Assembly (NCBI GenBank): GCA_000965745.1
Contig: CP009479.1
Location: 896,001 to 960,000 of the forward strand
Length of the DNA: 64,000 nucleotides
Direction of reading: 5' to 3'
Source of the DNA: an uncultured archaeon
Lineage (GTDB): Archaea > Thermoplasmatota > Thermoplasmata > Thermoplasmatales > Thermoplasmataceae
The translations under genes were made by a program, and so were the position numbers. Below, one piece after another: positions 49,367 to 59,129 of this stretch. Position 1 is the first letter of the stretch; each line of letters opens with the position of its first letter. The notes beneath the pieces are model-generated. The model worked only from the letters and a program-made list of their open reading frames with translations, was not told the origin of the DNA and searched no databases.

Positions 49367-49753
49367 GTGACGGCAATGAAATCGAACGGTGAAGGCTCGG
49401 GCGTTCAGGTCAAGACTGAATTCTGCCCGATAGTTGAAGCAATAAGGCAGATAGGTGGAGAGTGGAACATGATCGTGGTCAGGTATCTCCTTGACAAACC
49501 CATGGGGTTTAACGAGATCTTGAGAAATGCGAAAGGAATGAATTCCAAGACACTTTCCAGGGTATTGAAGAATCTTCAGGGAAGGAGCATAGTGGACAGG
49601 AAGATCGTAAGCACCCAGCCTTTTTCTGTTGAGTATTCCCTCACTGAAAAGGGGGCGGCACTCCACACCATAATGGATGAACTGAAGAGATGGGGAGAGG
49701 TGTGGGTTCTCTCGCAGGGGAAACAGGGTACGGGGCCGTTGATCACCGATTAG
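49367..49753 (+). CDS. HxlR family transcriptional regulator
   Basis: CPIVEAI..IGGEW, FNEI and VEYSLTEKG motifs. Confidence 0.92.
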   Translation: MTAMKSNGEGSGVQVKTEFCPIVEAIRQIGGEWNMIVVRYLLDKPMGFNEILRNAKGMNSKTLSRVLKNLQGRSIVDRKIVSTQPFSVEYSLTEKGAALHTIMDELKRWGEVWVLSQGKQGTGPLITD

Positions 49754-49804
49754 CCAGTCTACTGCCGCAAATAATACAATTACTCATAAATTCTACGGCC
49801 ATAT

Positions 49805-50107
49805 TCAGGTTTTGCCGGACCTTTTCCCTGCGGCAGTCTTTTTTGACGAAGTACTCTTTCTTCTCGAGGTGGTCCTGGCTACTATCCTGATAGCATCTTC
49901 CGTACTATTTGAACTGGAAAGCCTGTTTGCAAGATTCTTCTCCCCGATGTACCTGAGCCAGGTCGAGATATGCCCATTTAGCAGATGCCACTGAACACAA
50001 CCCTGGTCAACAGAGTTTAGCCTCCTCATCTCGCTTTCAAGCTCAATCAAATCAGTTGCCAGGCCTTTGACGCAATAGTAATAGGAGCGAAAAAGAAACG
50101 GTTCCAT
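49805..50107 (-). CDS. Small hypothetical protein (DUF5752-like) with basic tail
   Basis: MEPFLF...HLLNGHISTWLRYIGEKNLA pattern; K/R/S/T-rich C-terminus. Confidence 0.55.
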   Translation of the reverse strand: MEPFLFRSYYYCVKGLATDLIELESEMRRLNSVDQGCVQWHLLNGHISTWLRYIGEKNLANRLSSSNSTEDAIRIVARTTSRRKSTSSKKTAAGKRSGKT

Positions 50108-50173
50108 AAATTTAAAAGTAAATTCAGGTGTATTAAGATTATTGAAATTACAATATATGATACCAGCTTTCAA

Positions 50174-51169
50174 TTACCCAATCTTTTCCATGAGGCCCAT
50201 ATTTTTCAGCACTATGTATCCTGCCGCAATGTCCTCAAGGCCGATCCCCATTGATTTAAAGACTGTTCTTCCCGCGTCGGCATAATCTTCCTTCTTCAGT
50301 ATGAAGTCCTTGAGTTCAACCATTTTTCCTGATTTCTCAGTCTTTGACAGGTGTATTATTTCTCCAGATTCTATAAGTGCCTGCTGAAGATGCTCCACGA
50401 CAACCAGATCGCTTTCAGCCAGGACATCATCGGCTGCTTCCTGCCTCATTGGAAGGTTGCCTCCAGCAAGGTTGACATGATACCTGTCCCCTAGCTGGGA
50501 CCTTGAAAATATTGCATTGTTTGAATCCGTCATGGAATTTACAATAGTGGCATCCTTGAGAGCTTTTCCTACATCTTCAAAGGGCCTTATCTCCATGCCC
50601 GTTTCCCTGCTGTATTTCTGTGCAAAATTCCGGGCATGCTCAAAAGTTCTGGAATAAACACGAATCTCGCTCAAATCCGCAACCTCAAGGATTCCTTTCA
50701 GTTGTGTTTCGGCCTGGAAACCTGAACCGATGAGAGTGAATACATGACCTTTCCCATTTGCGAGATGCCTTGTAACCATTGCAGGCAGCGCACCGGTCCT
50801 GATCTGCCCAAGCTTGTTTGCCTCTATTACGGCAATGAGCCTGCTCATGTTTGAGTCGAACAGAAGAACTACAAAGTGGGCTCCATTGGGGCCCGCTATG
50901 TACGTCTTCATTCCCGCAAGTCCAAGCCTCTTTGAAATGGCGGGCATTGTATTGAAAACAACCCCGTCCTGTATGTTTCTCTCACGAGGGGATGACTGGG
51001 CCTCCCCTTTGCCGTACTCAACAAACGATTTCTCAAGCTCTTCTATGGTCTCTCCCATCGGAAGGTTTTCCTCAACTTCTTTCTCATTAATGTAAAACAT
51101 ATTTATCGGCCTCTTTTCGAAATATTCCCCGGCACTTCCCGGAGCGTACATCAACCATTCGCCCGTCAT
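50174..51169 (-). CDS. Ornithine cyclodeaminase/mu-crystallin family (alanine dehydrogenase-like)
   Basis: GMKTY, GQIRTGA, GSGFQA and FKSMGIGLED motifs. Confidence 0.9.
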   Translation of the reverse strand: MTGEWLMYAPGSAGEYFEKRPINMFYINEKEVEENLPMGETIEELEKSFVEYGKGEAQSSPRERNIQDGVVFNTMPAISKRLGLAGMKTYIAGPNGAHFVVLLFDSNMSRLIAVIEANKLGQIRTGALPAMVTRHLANGKGHVFTLIGSGFQAETQLKGILEVADLSEIRVYSRTFEHARNFAQKYSRETGMEIRPFEDVGKALKDATIVNSMTDSNNAIFSRSQLGDRYHVNLAGGNLPMRQEAADDVLAESDLVVVEHLQQALIESGEIIHLSKTEKSGKMVELKDFILKKEDYADAGRTVFKSMGIGLEDIAAGYIVLKNMGLMEKIG

Positions 51170-51260
51170 TCAAAACAGTTGCGTTCTTCTGCAGCATCGA
51201 CACACAGCATTTTTCCGGCATTTGGTGAACCAATAAGTGTAAAATAGTAAAACTGGATAC

Positions 51261-51557
51261 ATGCCTGACATGGGTCCATCAGTAGAAATAGACCGATTAA
51301 GGGACTACATTGATTCGAACAGCTCTTACTCACTCGAAGAAAACGGCGAAAAGGTTGAAGTGCATTTTTCCCCAAACTTCCCGGAAGCCAGAGCTCATAT
51401 GCCGGATAACGAGCCAGTAGAGCACGTGATGTATGGCGATAAAAAGGATGGGAAGATATACTTCTACAGGTTCACAACTTTCAGCAGCTTCGGCGAAACT
51501 TCAATGGATCTGGAAGATGAGGACGATGCCGTGATGGAGTGGCTCAAGTATATCTAA
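51261..51557 (+). CDS. Small acidic hypothetical protein
   Basis: 98 aa ORF filling the gap, converging on dhs. Confidence 0.6.
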   Translation: MPDMGPSVEIDRLRDYIDSNSSYSLEENGEKVEVHFSPNFPEARAHMPDNEPVEHVMYGDKKDGKIYFYRFTTFSSFGETSMDLEDEDDAVMEWLKYI

Positions 51558-52486
51558 AGCAGAGGTCCGATCATGATTGGAAGTAACGCGGTGGCATCAC
51601 CGTAAACATTCACGAATTCAGCATCACTTTTCATTTTTTTCCATGAAATAGCTTCTTCGAGCCTCGCGCCTGAGAGTGATCCGTCGTATTCCTGGGCGGT
51701 TGTAACATACACTGCATAGTCCAGGCCTCCTCTGAACTGGTTCCACCAGATTGTGTGGTGCTTTGATATTCCTCCCCCGATCATCAGTGCCCCGGTCTTC
51801 TTTGCCTCAAAAACAATATCAGATAGTTCATGTTCATCCTGGAGAAGGTTGACCTTGAAGTCCCGGTTTCTTTCATAGAATGACCAGAGTTGTGAACCGA
51901 AGGAACCGTCCGTCATTCCCGGAACATACACTGGAATGTTGTTCCTGGAGGCGTTATGGAGTATGGAATCATCATTGTCCAGCCTTGACCCGAATTCCTT
52001 AAGAAGTTCGGACCCTCCCCATTCTTTCTTTCTGCTGTAAAGCTCCTCAAGAATGGGCTGAACCTTGTTCTCTATGATCTCTCCATAGCTCTCGTCCGGA
52101 ACAAACACGTTACCAAGCCTGTTTATCCCGAGATCTCTGAGTTCCCGATCACTGTAGTCGAATGTTCCCGAGTAGTAATCGGTGAACGTTCTAGCTATAT
52201 CATGATCGAGTGTTCCGTTTGTGGTTATGATAACATCAACGAGTTTCTTCCTCACCATCTCATTGATTATGCCCCGGGTACCGGTGGCAATTATGTCGGC
52301 CGGAAACGATAGAAAGGTGGTATTGTCCTCCTCAAACATCTTCTTGATCACTGAATATGCCGAGAATATCTTGGCTGAGGTGAAACCGCCAGATTTTTCA
52401 AATGCATTCATCAGGTCCATGAGGGTTGTTGAACCGTTGACTTTCAAATCCTTTACCGGGGATGTAAGGAGCTCCTCCCTGTCCAT
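51554..52486 (-). CDS. dys: Deoxyhypusine synthase
   Basis: GGFT, INRLGNVFVP, TDGSFG, GGGISKH, DGSLSGA..EAISW and GDAT motifs. Confidence 0.95.
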   Translation of the reverse strand: MDREELLTSPVKDLKVNGSTTLMDLMNAFEKSGGFTSAKIFSAYSVIKKMFEEDNTTFLSFPADIIATGTRGIINEMVRKKLVDVIITTNGTLDHDIARTFTDYYSGTFDYSDRELRDLGINRLGNVFVPDESYGEIIENKVQPILEELYSRKKEWGGSELLKEFGSRLDNDDSILHNASRNNIPVYVPGMTDGSFGSQLWSFYERNRDFKVNLLQDEHELSDIVFEAKKTGALMIGGGISKHHTIWWNQFRGGLDYAVYVTTAQEYDGSLSGARLEEAISWKKMKSDAEFVNVYGDATALLPIMIGPLL

Positions 52487-52611
52487 GCTTCCATGATGGT
52501 ATTTAAGCTAAAACAGTTGCGCACATTAGAAGGGATGCAGGACAAATGAGCATCAGACATTTCTGAAGGGACCTGATCAATTTATCAGTATCTTGTCCTT
52601 ATCTTCATGAA

Positions 52612-53163
52612 ATGATAGATCTAGGCAGGAATCCGGTTCTGGTGATAATAGATGTTCAAAAGGCATGGGACGGCCTGTTTCCTGGAAAATGGAGCAGTGA
52701 GGATGCAGTCTCAAATATATCAAAGCTCCTCGGGAAGTGGAGATCAGAGGGATGGAAAGTGATTCACGTGCGTCACGATTCAAGAAAGCCACAATCTATT
52801 ATCAAGGAAGGCAAGCCGGGCTTTGCCTTCAAGGATGAGGTTAAACCCATTGAGGGGGAGGCGGTAATAACCAAACACGTAAACAGTGCCTTTATAGGCA
52901 CGAATCTCGAAGAAATGCTGAGGAACGAGGGCCCCTCAACCGTGGTAATCTGCGGCCTGGTTACCGATCACTGCGTGAGTACGACTGCGAGGATGTCGGG
53001 CAATCTGGGGTTCAACACGGTAGTTCCCGGGGACGGGTGTGCAACCTACCCAAAGAAGACGCCACAAGGCAGGGAGATTGACGCACTCACTGTGCACGAA
53101 GTCAACCTTGCATCCATCAACGGGGAGTTTGCGAATGTTGTGCCTGTTTCAGATCTGCTCTGA
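52612..53163 (+). CDS. Isochorismatase-family cysteine hydrolase
   Basis: IDVQ, TKHVNSAF and TDHCVSTT (D-K-C triad). Confidence 0.92.
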   Translation: MIDLGRNPVLVIIDVQKAWDGLFPGKWSSEDAVSNISKLLGKWRSEGWKVIHVRHDSRKPQSIIKEGKPGFAFKDEVKPIEGEAVITKHVNSAFIGTNLEEMLRNEGPSTVVICGLVTDHCVSTTARMSGNLGFNTVVPGDGCATYPKKTPQGREIDALTVHEVNLASINGEFANVVPVSDLL

Positions 53164-53166
53164 TTG

Positions 53167-54081
53167 TCAGTCAGGCTTCCTTTCATCGAACCCGGGGAAT
53201 CTTTCGGGAGTCCAGCTCCCATCCCTCTCCCTGACATATCCGGTGTCATAATTCTTCTGGAAATCATCTGCACCCATTAACTCATCAGCCTGTATAATGG
53301 CGCTCCATGCCTGCCCTCTCATGAAGACTTCCCGATGGTCAGGGTACAGGACAGTGTCTTTGGCGTTCATAGTGGTATCCGGCCACACTTCTATGTCTAG
53401 AATCTTCATGTCATCATCAGCATCCGCGATGAACTGGGAAAAATTGTCTGGCCCTACAGGTTTTGAAATCATGTCGCCCTTCTTGACAGCGACATGGCGC
53501 CTGCCGTATCTGAGTGAGCCTTTTCCCTCCAGGACCAGATAATGCTCTTCTACAGCAGAATGGCTGTGCAGCCGTGAGTAGGAACTGCCCTTCTTTATCC
53601 TGTATGTTCTCATAAAGGATTTCGCAGAGCCCAGGGCGGGCATAAAGAAAGTTGTAACGGAATCGTGGTGATCTTGTGTCATGCTTTCCATTAGGGGTCC
53701 GCCCTCAGATTCAACGTTTACCACTGGCGCCTTCCAGAGATTTTGACCAGCATCTCTCAGATCTGTGCCTTCATTCGGGGCATTTACTGCGAACACCTCG
53801 TCCGACCACATGGAACATATTCTGGTCATCAATTCCTTTGCAGATTCGGTGAGCAGAGGGGTTATAATATAGGTCACTTCTTCCGCACCCTTTCTCATGA
53901 AACCAAGCCTGTCAGATAACTCCCACCAGAGCCAGTGTGTGAACTTTGTAAGCCCCTTCCTCTCAGAGAAGGAAACATCACCCATTTTTTCAGGAAGATA
54001 GAGTTTCCAGGCAACGTCTGCCCTTACAGCATTTTCTGGCCTGACCTTTTTGTCAGGGTCTATCAGAATAACGATTGACAT
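53167..54081 (-). CDS. Cupin-domain protein with an unknown N-terminal domain
   Basis: C-terminal HSHSAVEEHYLVLEG and KKGD cupin motifs; likely start ATG 54081. Confidence 0.75.
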   Translation of the reverse strand: MSIVILIDPDKKVRPENAVRADVAWKLYLPEKMGDVSFSERKGLTKFTHWLWWELSDRLGFMRKGAEEVTYIITPLLTESAKELMTRICSMWSDEVFAVNAPNEGTDLRDAGQNLWKAPVVNVESEGGPLMESMTQDHHDSVTTFFMPALGSAKSFMRTYRIKKGSSYSRLHSHSAVEEHYLVLEGKGSLRYGRRHVAVKKGDMISKPVGPDNFSQFIADADDDMKILDIEVWPDTTMNAKDTVLYPDHREVFMRGQAWSAIIQADELMGADDFQKNYDTGYVRERDGSWTPERFPGFDERKPD

Positions 54082-54189
54082 TTCTAATCTATTCTGAGAC
54101 GCAGGATGTGAATAAATGAATTCCCATGTCCGGATGGAAGGTGTGCTATCCATTGTCAAACCTTTTTAACATGGCTGCAATTCAAGTCC

Positions 54190-55350
54190 ATGAAGAGTGC
54201 AGGAACCTCTACAGACTTTGATCCTTGGGGCGTAGCCACCAGGATTCATGAACTCAGCGAGATAGGTAGCCAGGAGTTCGAATCAGCCAACCTACTCAAG
54301 GAGGTACTTAGATCAAACGGATTCACCATAACCGAGAATTTTATGGGCATACCAACCGCATTCAGGGCGGAGAAGTTAGTTGGAAAGGGATCACACACAA
54401 TAGCGTTCCTTGCAGAATACGACGCACTTCCCGGAATAGGGCATGCATGTGGCCATAACCTGATCGCATCTTCCGCCGTTTTTTCTGCGATCAGGGCGTC
54501 GCAGAAGATCTCGGACGGTAGGATAGTTGTTTATGGCACACCGGACGAAGAAGGAACCGGCGAGTGGTCTGGCTCAAAGATCATCATGGCCGACAAGGGC
54601 GCGTTCAAGGACGTGGATCTGGTGCTCGGATCTCATCCCGGTGATGAATGGAGCGTGGGAAAACAATCCCTTGCCGTTCAGGATTTTGAGATAACCTTCA
54701 AGGGGACGGCATCGCATGAGGCTGCAAATCCAGAGCTTGGGAGAAGCGCACTTGATGCTTCCATACTCACCTACACAGCTGTTAACATGATGAGGCAGCA
54801 CGTCAGGAGGAATGCAAACTTCGTCATGCACGGAATAATCAAGGAAGGAGGAACCGCATCCAACGTTACACCTGAAAGATCCGTCCTGGTGTACGGCATC
54901 AGATCGTCAGATGTGGCCTACCATGGTGAGCTTGTGGCAAGATTCAGGGACATTATAGACGGATGCGCCAAGGCAACGGGGACAACGTACCAGATCAAGA
55001 ATATTGGCCCGCTGTTTTCAACTACAAAGATCAACCCAACCCTGTCAAACCAGATCAGGGAATTCCTGCTTGGCAGAGGAGTCGAATGTCTGCCTCTTGA
55101 AGAAACTGCATCAAGGCTGCCTGGTGGGTCCACCGATTTCGCAAACGTATCCCAGGTCGCACCCGCCCTTGAAGTGGAATTCCAGATTGCACCAGCAGGA
55201 ACGCCGTGGCACTCTAGAGAATCACTGGAAGCCGCAAAGACGGATCGCGCGAGAAAGGCACTTGAGATAATGATAGAAGTTCTCAGCGACACAGCAGAAA
55301 AATACACTGAAGACAGCGAGTTCAGGAAAAAAATTAAGAAAGATTTCTGA
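54190..55350 (+). CDS. M20 family amidohydrolase (ACY1L2/AbgB-like)
   Basis: AEYDALP, HACGHN, TPDEE and GSTDF motifs. Confidence 0.92.
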   Translation: MKSAGTSTDFDPWGVATRIHELSEIGSQEFESANLLKEVLRSNGFTITENFMGIPTAFRAEKLVGKGSHTIAFLAEYDALPGIGHACGHNLIASSAVFSAIRASQKISDGRIVVYGTPDEEGTGEWSGSKIIMADKGAFKDVDLVLGSHPGDEWSVGKQSLAVQDFEITFKGTASHEAANPELGRSALDASILTYTAVNMMRQHVRRNANFVMHGIIKEGGTASNVTPERSVLVYGIRSSDVAYHGELVARFRDIIDGCAKATGTTYQIKNIGPLFSTTKINPTLSNQIREFLLGRGVECLPLEETASRLPGGSTDFANVSQVAPALEVEFQIAPAGTPWHSRESLEAAKTDRARKALEIMIEVLSDTAEKYTEDSEFRKKIKKDF

Positions 55351-55380
55351 AAAGTGAGGAGTCCTCCGACTCTTATTTTT
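55351..55380. terminator. Hairpin between convergent genes
   Basis: AAAAGTGAGGAGTC-CTCC-GACTCTTATTTT. Confidence 0.45.
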
Positions 55381-55390
55381 CATATTTGGG

Positions 55391-56359
55391 CTAATACAGG
55401 TGACAAGCTACGTAGTGATCCTTCTTGACCTCTTTAAGTCCAGGGTCCTCTGTTGCACATTTTTCCATTGCAAACATGCATCTGTCCCTGAATTTGCATC
55501 CCGAGATGCTGGAGCTGGAAGTCTGGATATTGCCCTTTATCTCCACCTCCTTCTCCTCAATCTTCCCAAGTTTGGGCACGGACTGCACCAGGGCCTTAGT
55601 GTAAGGATGCATGGCATCATTCACAACGTCGTCCGCATTCCCGTATTCCACGATCCTGCCGAGATAGAGAACGTTTATTTTCCTGCTCAGGTAATACGCT
55701 ATCGAAATATCATGGGATATCAGGATCATCGAGATCCCGCGCTCTCTCTGTATCTCTGCAATCAGGTCTAGGAACGATACCCTCATTGAGGCGTCAAGCA
55801 TTGAGACAGGCTCGTCCGCCACGACAAATGATGGATTCACAACAAAGGACCTGGCGATGGAAACCCTCTGCCTTTGGCCACCACTGAGTTCGTGGGGGTA
55901 CCGGTTCATGTAGTCTTCCGGAGGCGTAAGGCCGACTTTTCTCAGTATATCCGTGATCCGCTCCCTGTCGAATTCAACATGATTGAGCTTCAGTGGCTCC
56001 TCTATAATCTTCTTTACAGTGAATCTTGGATTCAGGGACCCATACGGGTCCTGGAAGATTATCTGTACTTTCTTTCTCAGGTCCCTTACCTTATCCCTGG
56101 AGGAATTGAACATGTCGATGCCGTTTACGGTGACTCTTCCTTCTGTAGGCTCAACAAGCCCGGCCACTATTCTTCCCAATGTCGATTTGCCGCTGCCTGT
56201 TTCACCCACGATTGAGTGTATTTCGCCCTCAGGCACGAGGAGGTTTACCCCATCAAGCGCCTTTATGTAAGAACTCCTCGAAGCGACCCTTCCCCTGGGC
56301 TTGTAGTGTTTCTTCAGGTTCTCGATCTTAAGAACTTCCTGCATTTTTACCCTCCCCAT
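55391..56359 (-). CDS. Peptide ABC ATPase (OppF/DppF)
   Basis: GETGSGKS, YPHELSGGQ, HPYT and a C-terminal Cys cluster. Confidence 0.92.
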   Translation of the reverse strand: MGRVKMQEVLKIENLKKHYKPRGRVASRSSYIKALDGVNLLVPEGEIHSIVGETGSGKSTLGRIVAGLVEPTEGRVTVNGIDMFNSSRDKVRDLRKKVQIIFQDPYGSLNPRFTVKKIIEEPLKLNHVEFDRERITDILRKVGLTPPEDYMNRYPHELSGGQRQRVSIARSFVVNPSFVVADEPVSMLDASMRVSFLDLIAEIQRERGISMILISHDISIAYYLSRKINVLYLGRIVEYGNADDVVNDAMHPYTKALVQSVPKLGKIEEKEVEIKGNIQTSSSSISGCKFRDRCMFAMEKCATEDPGLKEVKKDHYVACHLY

Positions 56360-57296
56360 ATTTCACGCAATAGACCAGGTGCCCCTGCCCAGCTTCAACC
56401 GGTTTATAGCTGTAGGTTTCACAGCCTTCTCCTGCGAATGTGCAGCGTGGCCTGAATCTGCACCCTTCTGGCGGATCCCTTATGTTCACTGGCTCACCGG
56501 GGATTGCCTCAAGCCTCCTACCGGGTGTCATGGTTGGAACAGAATTTATGAGCCCCCTCGTGTAAGGGTGGCCGGGTTCCTCGAGAATTTTCCTGTTCGA
56601 TCCGACTTCTGAGACTTTTCCTCCATAGAGAATCATTATGCGGTCGGCCATCTCGGAGACAAGGGGAAAATCGTGGCTTATGAAAATCACGGTTATATCC
56701 ATCTCTCTTTGCAGCCTTCTCAGTATGTTCATTATCTGGACCTGGGTAATGACATCAAGGGCAGTGGATGGCTCATCCGCTATTATTGTGCCTGGATTCA
56801 TCACTATGGCTGTGGCTATAACTGCCCTCTGCTTCATGCCACCACTGAGTTCATGTGGGTACTTCTTCCACGTATACGAATCGAGCCCTATGATCTCCAG
56901 TGTTTCCCTCGCCCTTCGAAGTGCCTCTTCCCTCTTTGCCTCTCTGTGGATGAGAAGAGGCTCTGCAACCTGGTCCTCAATTTTCATCAGGGGGTTCAGT
57001 GTGTTCATAGCCCCCTGAAAAACAAGGGAAATTTTCTTCCCCCTGATCTTTCTGGCTTCTTCCGGTTTGAGCCCAATGATCTCTTTCCCGTCCACTTCGA
57101 TGCTCCCAGCCTCGATCAAGCTGTTTCTTGGAAGGAGCCCCATTATTGTCATTGCCATGGTACTTTTGCCGCTTCCAGACTCCCCCACTATGCCGAATAT
57201 TTCCCCGTTTCCTATCTCGGCATTCACGGAATCCAGCGCCCTGACTTTTCCTGTTCTTGACTTATAGCTGACTGTCAAATCTTTTATCTTAATCAT
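56328..57296 (-). CDS. Peptide ABC ATPase (OppD/DppD)
   Basis: GESGSGKS, YPHELSGGM and GCRFRPRC motifs. Confidence 0.92.
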   Translation of the reverse strand: MIKIKDLTVSYKSRTGKVRALDSVNAEIGNGEIFGIVGESGSGKSTMAMTIMGLLPRNSLIEAGSIEVDGKEIIGLKPEEARKIRGKKISLVFQGAMNTLNPLMKIEDQVAEPLLIHREAKREEALRRARETLEIIGLDSYTWKKYPHELSGGMKQRAVIATAIVMNPGTIIADEPSTALDVITQVQIMNILRRLQREMDITVIFISHDFPLVSEMADRIMILYGGKVSEVGSNRKILEEPGHPYTRGLINSVPTMTPGRRLEAIPGEPVNIRDPPEGCRFRPRCTFAGEGCETYSYKPVEAGQGHLVYCVKYGEGKNAGSS

Positions 57297-57303
57297 TTAA
57301 CCA

Positions 57304-58158
57304 CTAACCTTTGATGGTCCTGAGCCTTGGATTCATGATTTCCTCCAGCGCATATCCCATCAGAATAAACCCGAATATCAGCACGAATATGAAAATGCCA
57401 GGCGGAAGGACATATAACATGTCACCGGACGATAGTGCACCAGTGGTGTAGGCCTGCCTTATGATCTCCCCCCAGCTGATGGAAGTAACATTCCCTACAC
57501 CAAGGAAAACTAATGCTGCCTGGGTAAAGATTGCAGCAGATATTGCAAGCATTGCATTGCCGTACAGGACTGAGGTGACGTTCGGGAATATATGCCTGAA
57601 CATAATGTAGGTGTTTCCCGCATTATTTGCCTTTGCAGATTCCACAAAAGGCCATTCACGTATTGAAAGCACCATTGACCTTATGATCCTGGCAGTGGGG
57701 GCCCAGCTAAGCAACCCAATTACCATGATGATGTTTATGAGGCTCGGCCCCAGGAGCGCGGCTACAATTATCATGAACACTATTGCAGGTATCACTATGA
57801 AGAAATCAACGACTCTCATTATGATCTCGTCAATCAATCCACCCATGTATCCGCTGACAAGGCCTGCTACCAGCCCAATCGCAACAGCAACAGCTCCGGC
57901 CGCGATCCCCACTATCAGCGATATCTGTGCACCATAGACGTCCCTTGAAAACAGGTCCTGCCCGAGTGTATTGGTCCCGAAAATATGTACGGAACTGGAC
58001 GGCGCAAGGAATAATGAAGGGTTCGTTGCGTTCGGGTCATATGGGCTTATCAGAGGTGCCAGCAGCGCCATCATCGCAAAAAATCCCACTATGATGAGCC
58101 CTGCTACGCCTTTCCTGTTCGATTTGAATTCTTTCCAGAAACTGAAATCATCGTTCAT
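57304..58158 (-). CDS. Peptide ABC permease (OppC/DppC)
   Basis: FGTNTLGQDLFSR, RHIFPN and SWG motifs. Confidence 0.92.
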   Translation of the reverse strand: MNDDFSFWKEFKSNRKGVAGLIIVGFFAMMALLAPLISPYDPNATNPSLFLAPSSSVHIFGTNTLGQDLFSRDVYGAQISLIVGIAAGAVAVAIGLVAGLVSGYMGGLIDEIIMRVVDFFIVIPAIVFMIIVAALLGPSLINIIMVIGLLSWAPTARIIRSMVLSIREWPFVESAKANNAGNTYIMFRHIFPNVTSVLYGNAMLAISAAIFTQAALVFLGVGNVTSISWGEIIRQAYTTGALSSGDMLYVLPPGIFIFVLIFGFILMGYALEEIMNPRLRTIKG

Positions 58159-59129
58159 TGGTATCTTATCCTAGGATCCAGGTAGCTGTACAGTATGTCA
58201 GCTACTATGTTTGCAAGCACAATGACTACCGCAACTATCACGAATGCGGCCTGAAGAACGGGATAGTCCCTGGCATTCACTGCATTGAATATGAGAAAAC
58301 CAATGCCTGGCCAGGAGAAAACCACTTCAGTGAGTATTGCTCCCCCAACACTGAGGCCCAGGTTCACGGCTATGACCGATATCATTGGAAGCTCGGCGTT
58401 GGGCACAGCGTGCCTTGCCAGAAGGTAGTTGTCGGATGCGCCCTTGCTCTTTGCAAAATTTATGTAATCCTCTTCCAGTACGTCTATCAGTGAATTTCTC
58501 ATTATAATAGTAAACTGGCCAAAGAGCACAAGTGTCAGTGTGGTAAGCGGCAGTATCATGTGATTGAGCAGGTCTGCAAGCTGTGCCGCAAAGGACGGGA
58601 AGGAAGCACCCGTTGTGTACATGCCTGAAACGGGGAGGGACCTTGTGTAGATCGCCAGTAGAATGAACATTCCGCCAAGCCAGAATGTAGGTATGGAGTA
58701 GAGTGCCATTGAGCCTCCTGTTATTGCGCCATCAAGGGTTGTGCCTCTCCTCCACGCTGCGATCTTTCCCGTTATTATCCCGAGGAATATTGCAATTATT
58801 GTAGCCGGAATAAGCAGGATAAGGCTGTTCAAAAGGGCTGGGAAAAGCACCGATGATACGGACTGGTGATAGTAGATTGATATCCCGAAATTTCCCGAGA
58901 ATGTGTTCTTGATGAATAGAAGGTACTGCTGCCACATGGGCAGGTTCAGGCCGAACTGCTGCTCAAGAGAGGCGATCTGGGAAGGGCTCAGTGCAGGGCT
59001 TCTGTATAGTATCTGTATAGGGTTTCCGGGCATTAACCTGAATAGAAAAAAATCAAAAGTAAAAATGATAAAAATGGAAATGGCGGCAAAAATTATTCTT
59101 TTAGAAATATATTTTTGGAAGCCGCTCAT
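58155..59129 (-). CDS. Peptide ABC permease (OppB/DppB)
   Basis: MPGNP, HMILP, AKSKG, DYPVLQ and LDPRI motifs. Confidence 0.92.
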   Translation of the reverse strand: MSGFQKYISKRIIFAAISIFIIFTFDFFLFRLMPGNPIQILYRSPALSPSQIASLEQQFGLNLPMWQQYLLFIKNTFSGNFGISIYYHQSVSSVLFPALLNSLILLIPATIIAIFLGIITGKIAAWRRGTTLDGAITGGSMALYSIPTFWLGGMFILLAIYTRSLPVSGMYTTGASFPSFAAQLADLLNHMILPLTTLTLVLFGQFTIIMRNSLIDVLEEDYINFAKSKGASDNYLLARHAVPNAELPMISVIAVNLGLSVGGAILTEVVFSWPGIGFLIFNAVNARDYPVLQAAFVIVAVVIVLANIVADILYSYLDPRIRYQ

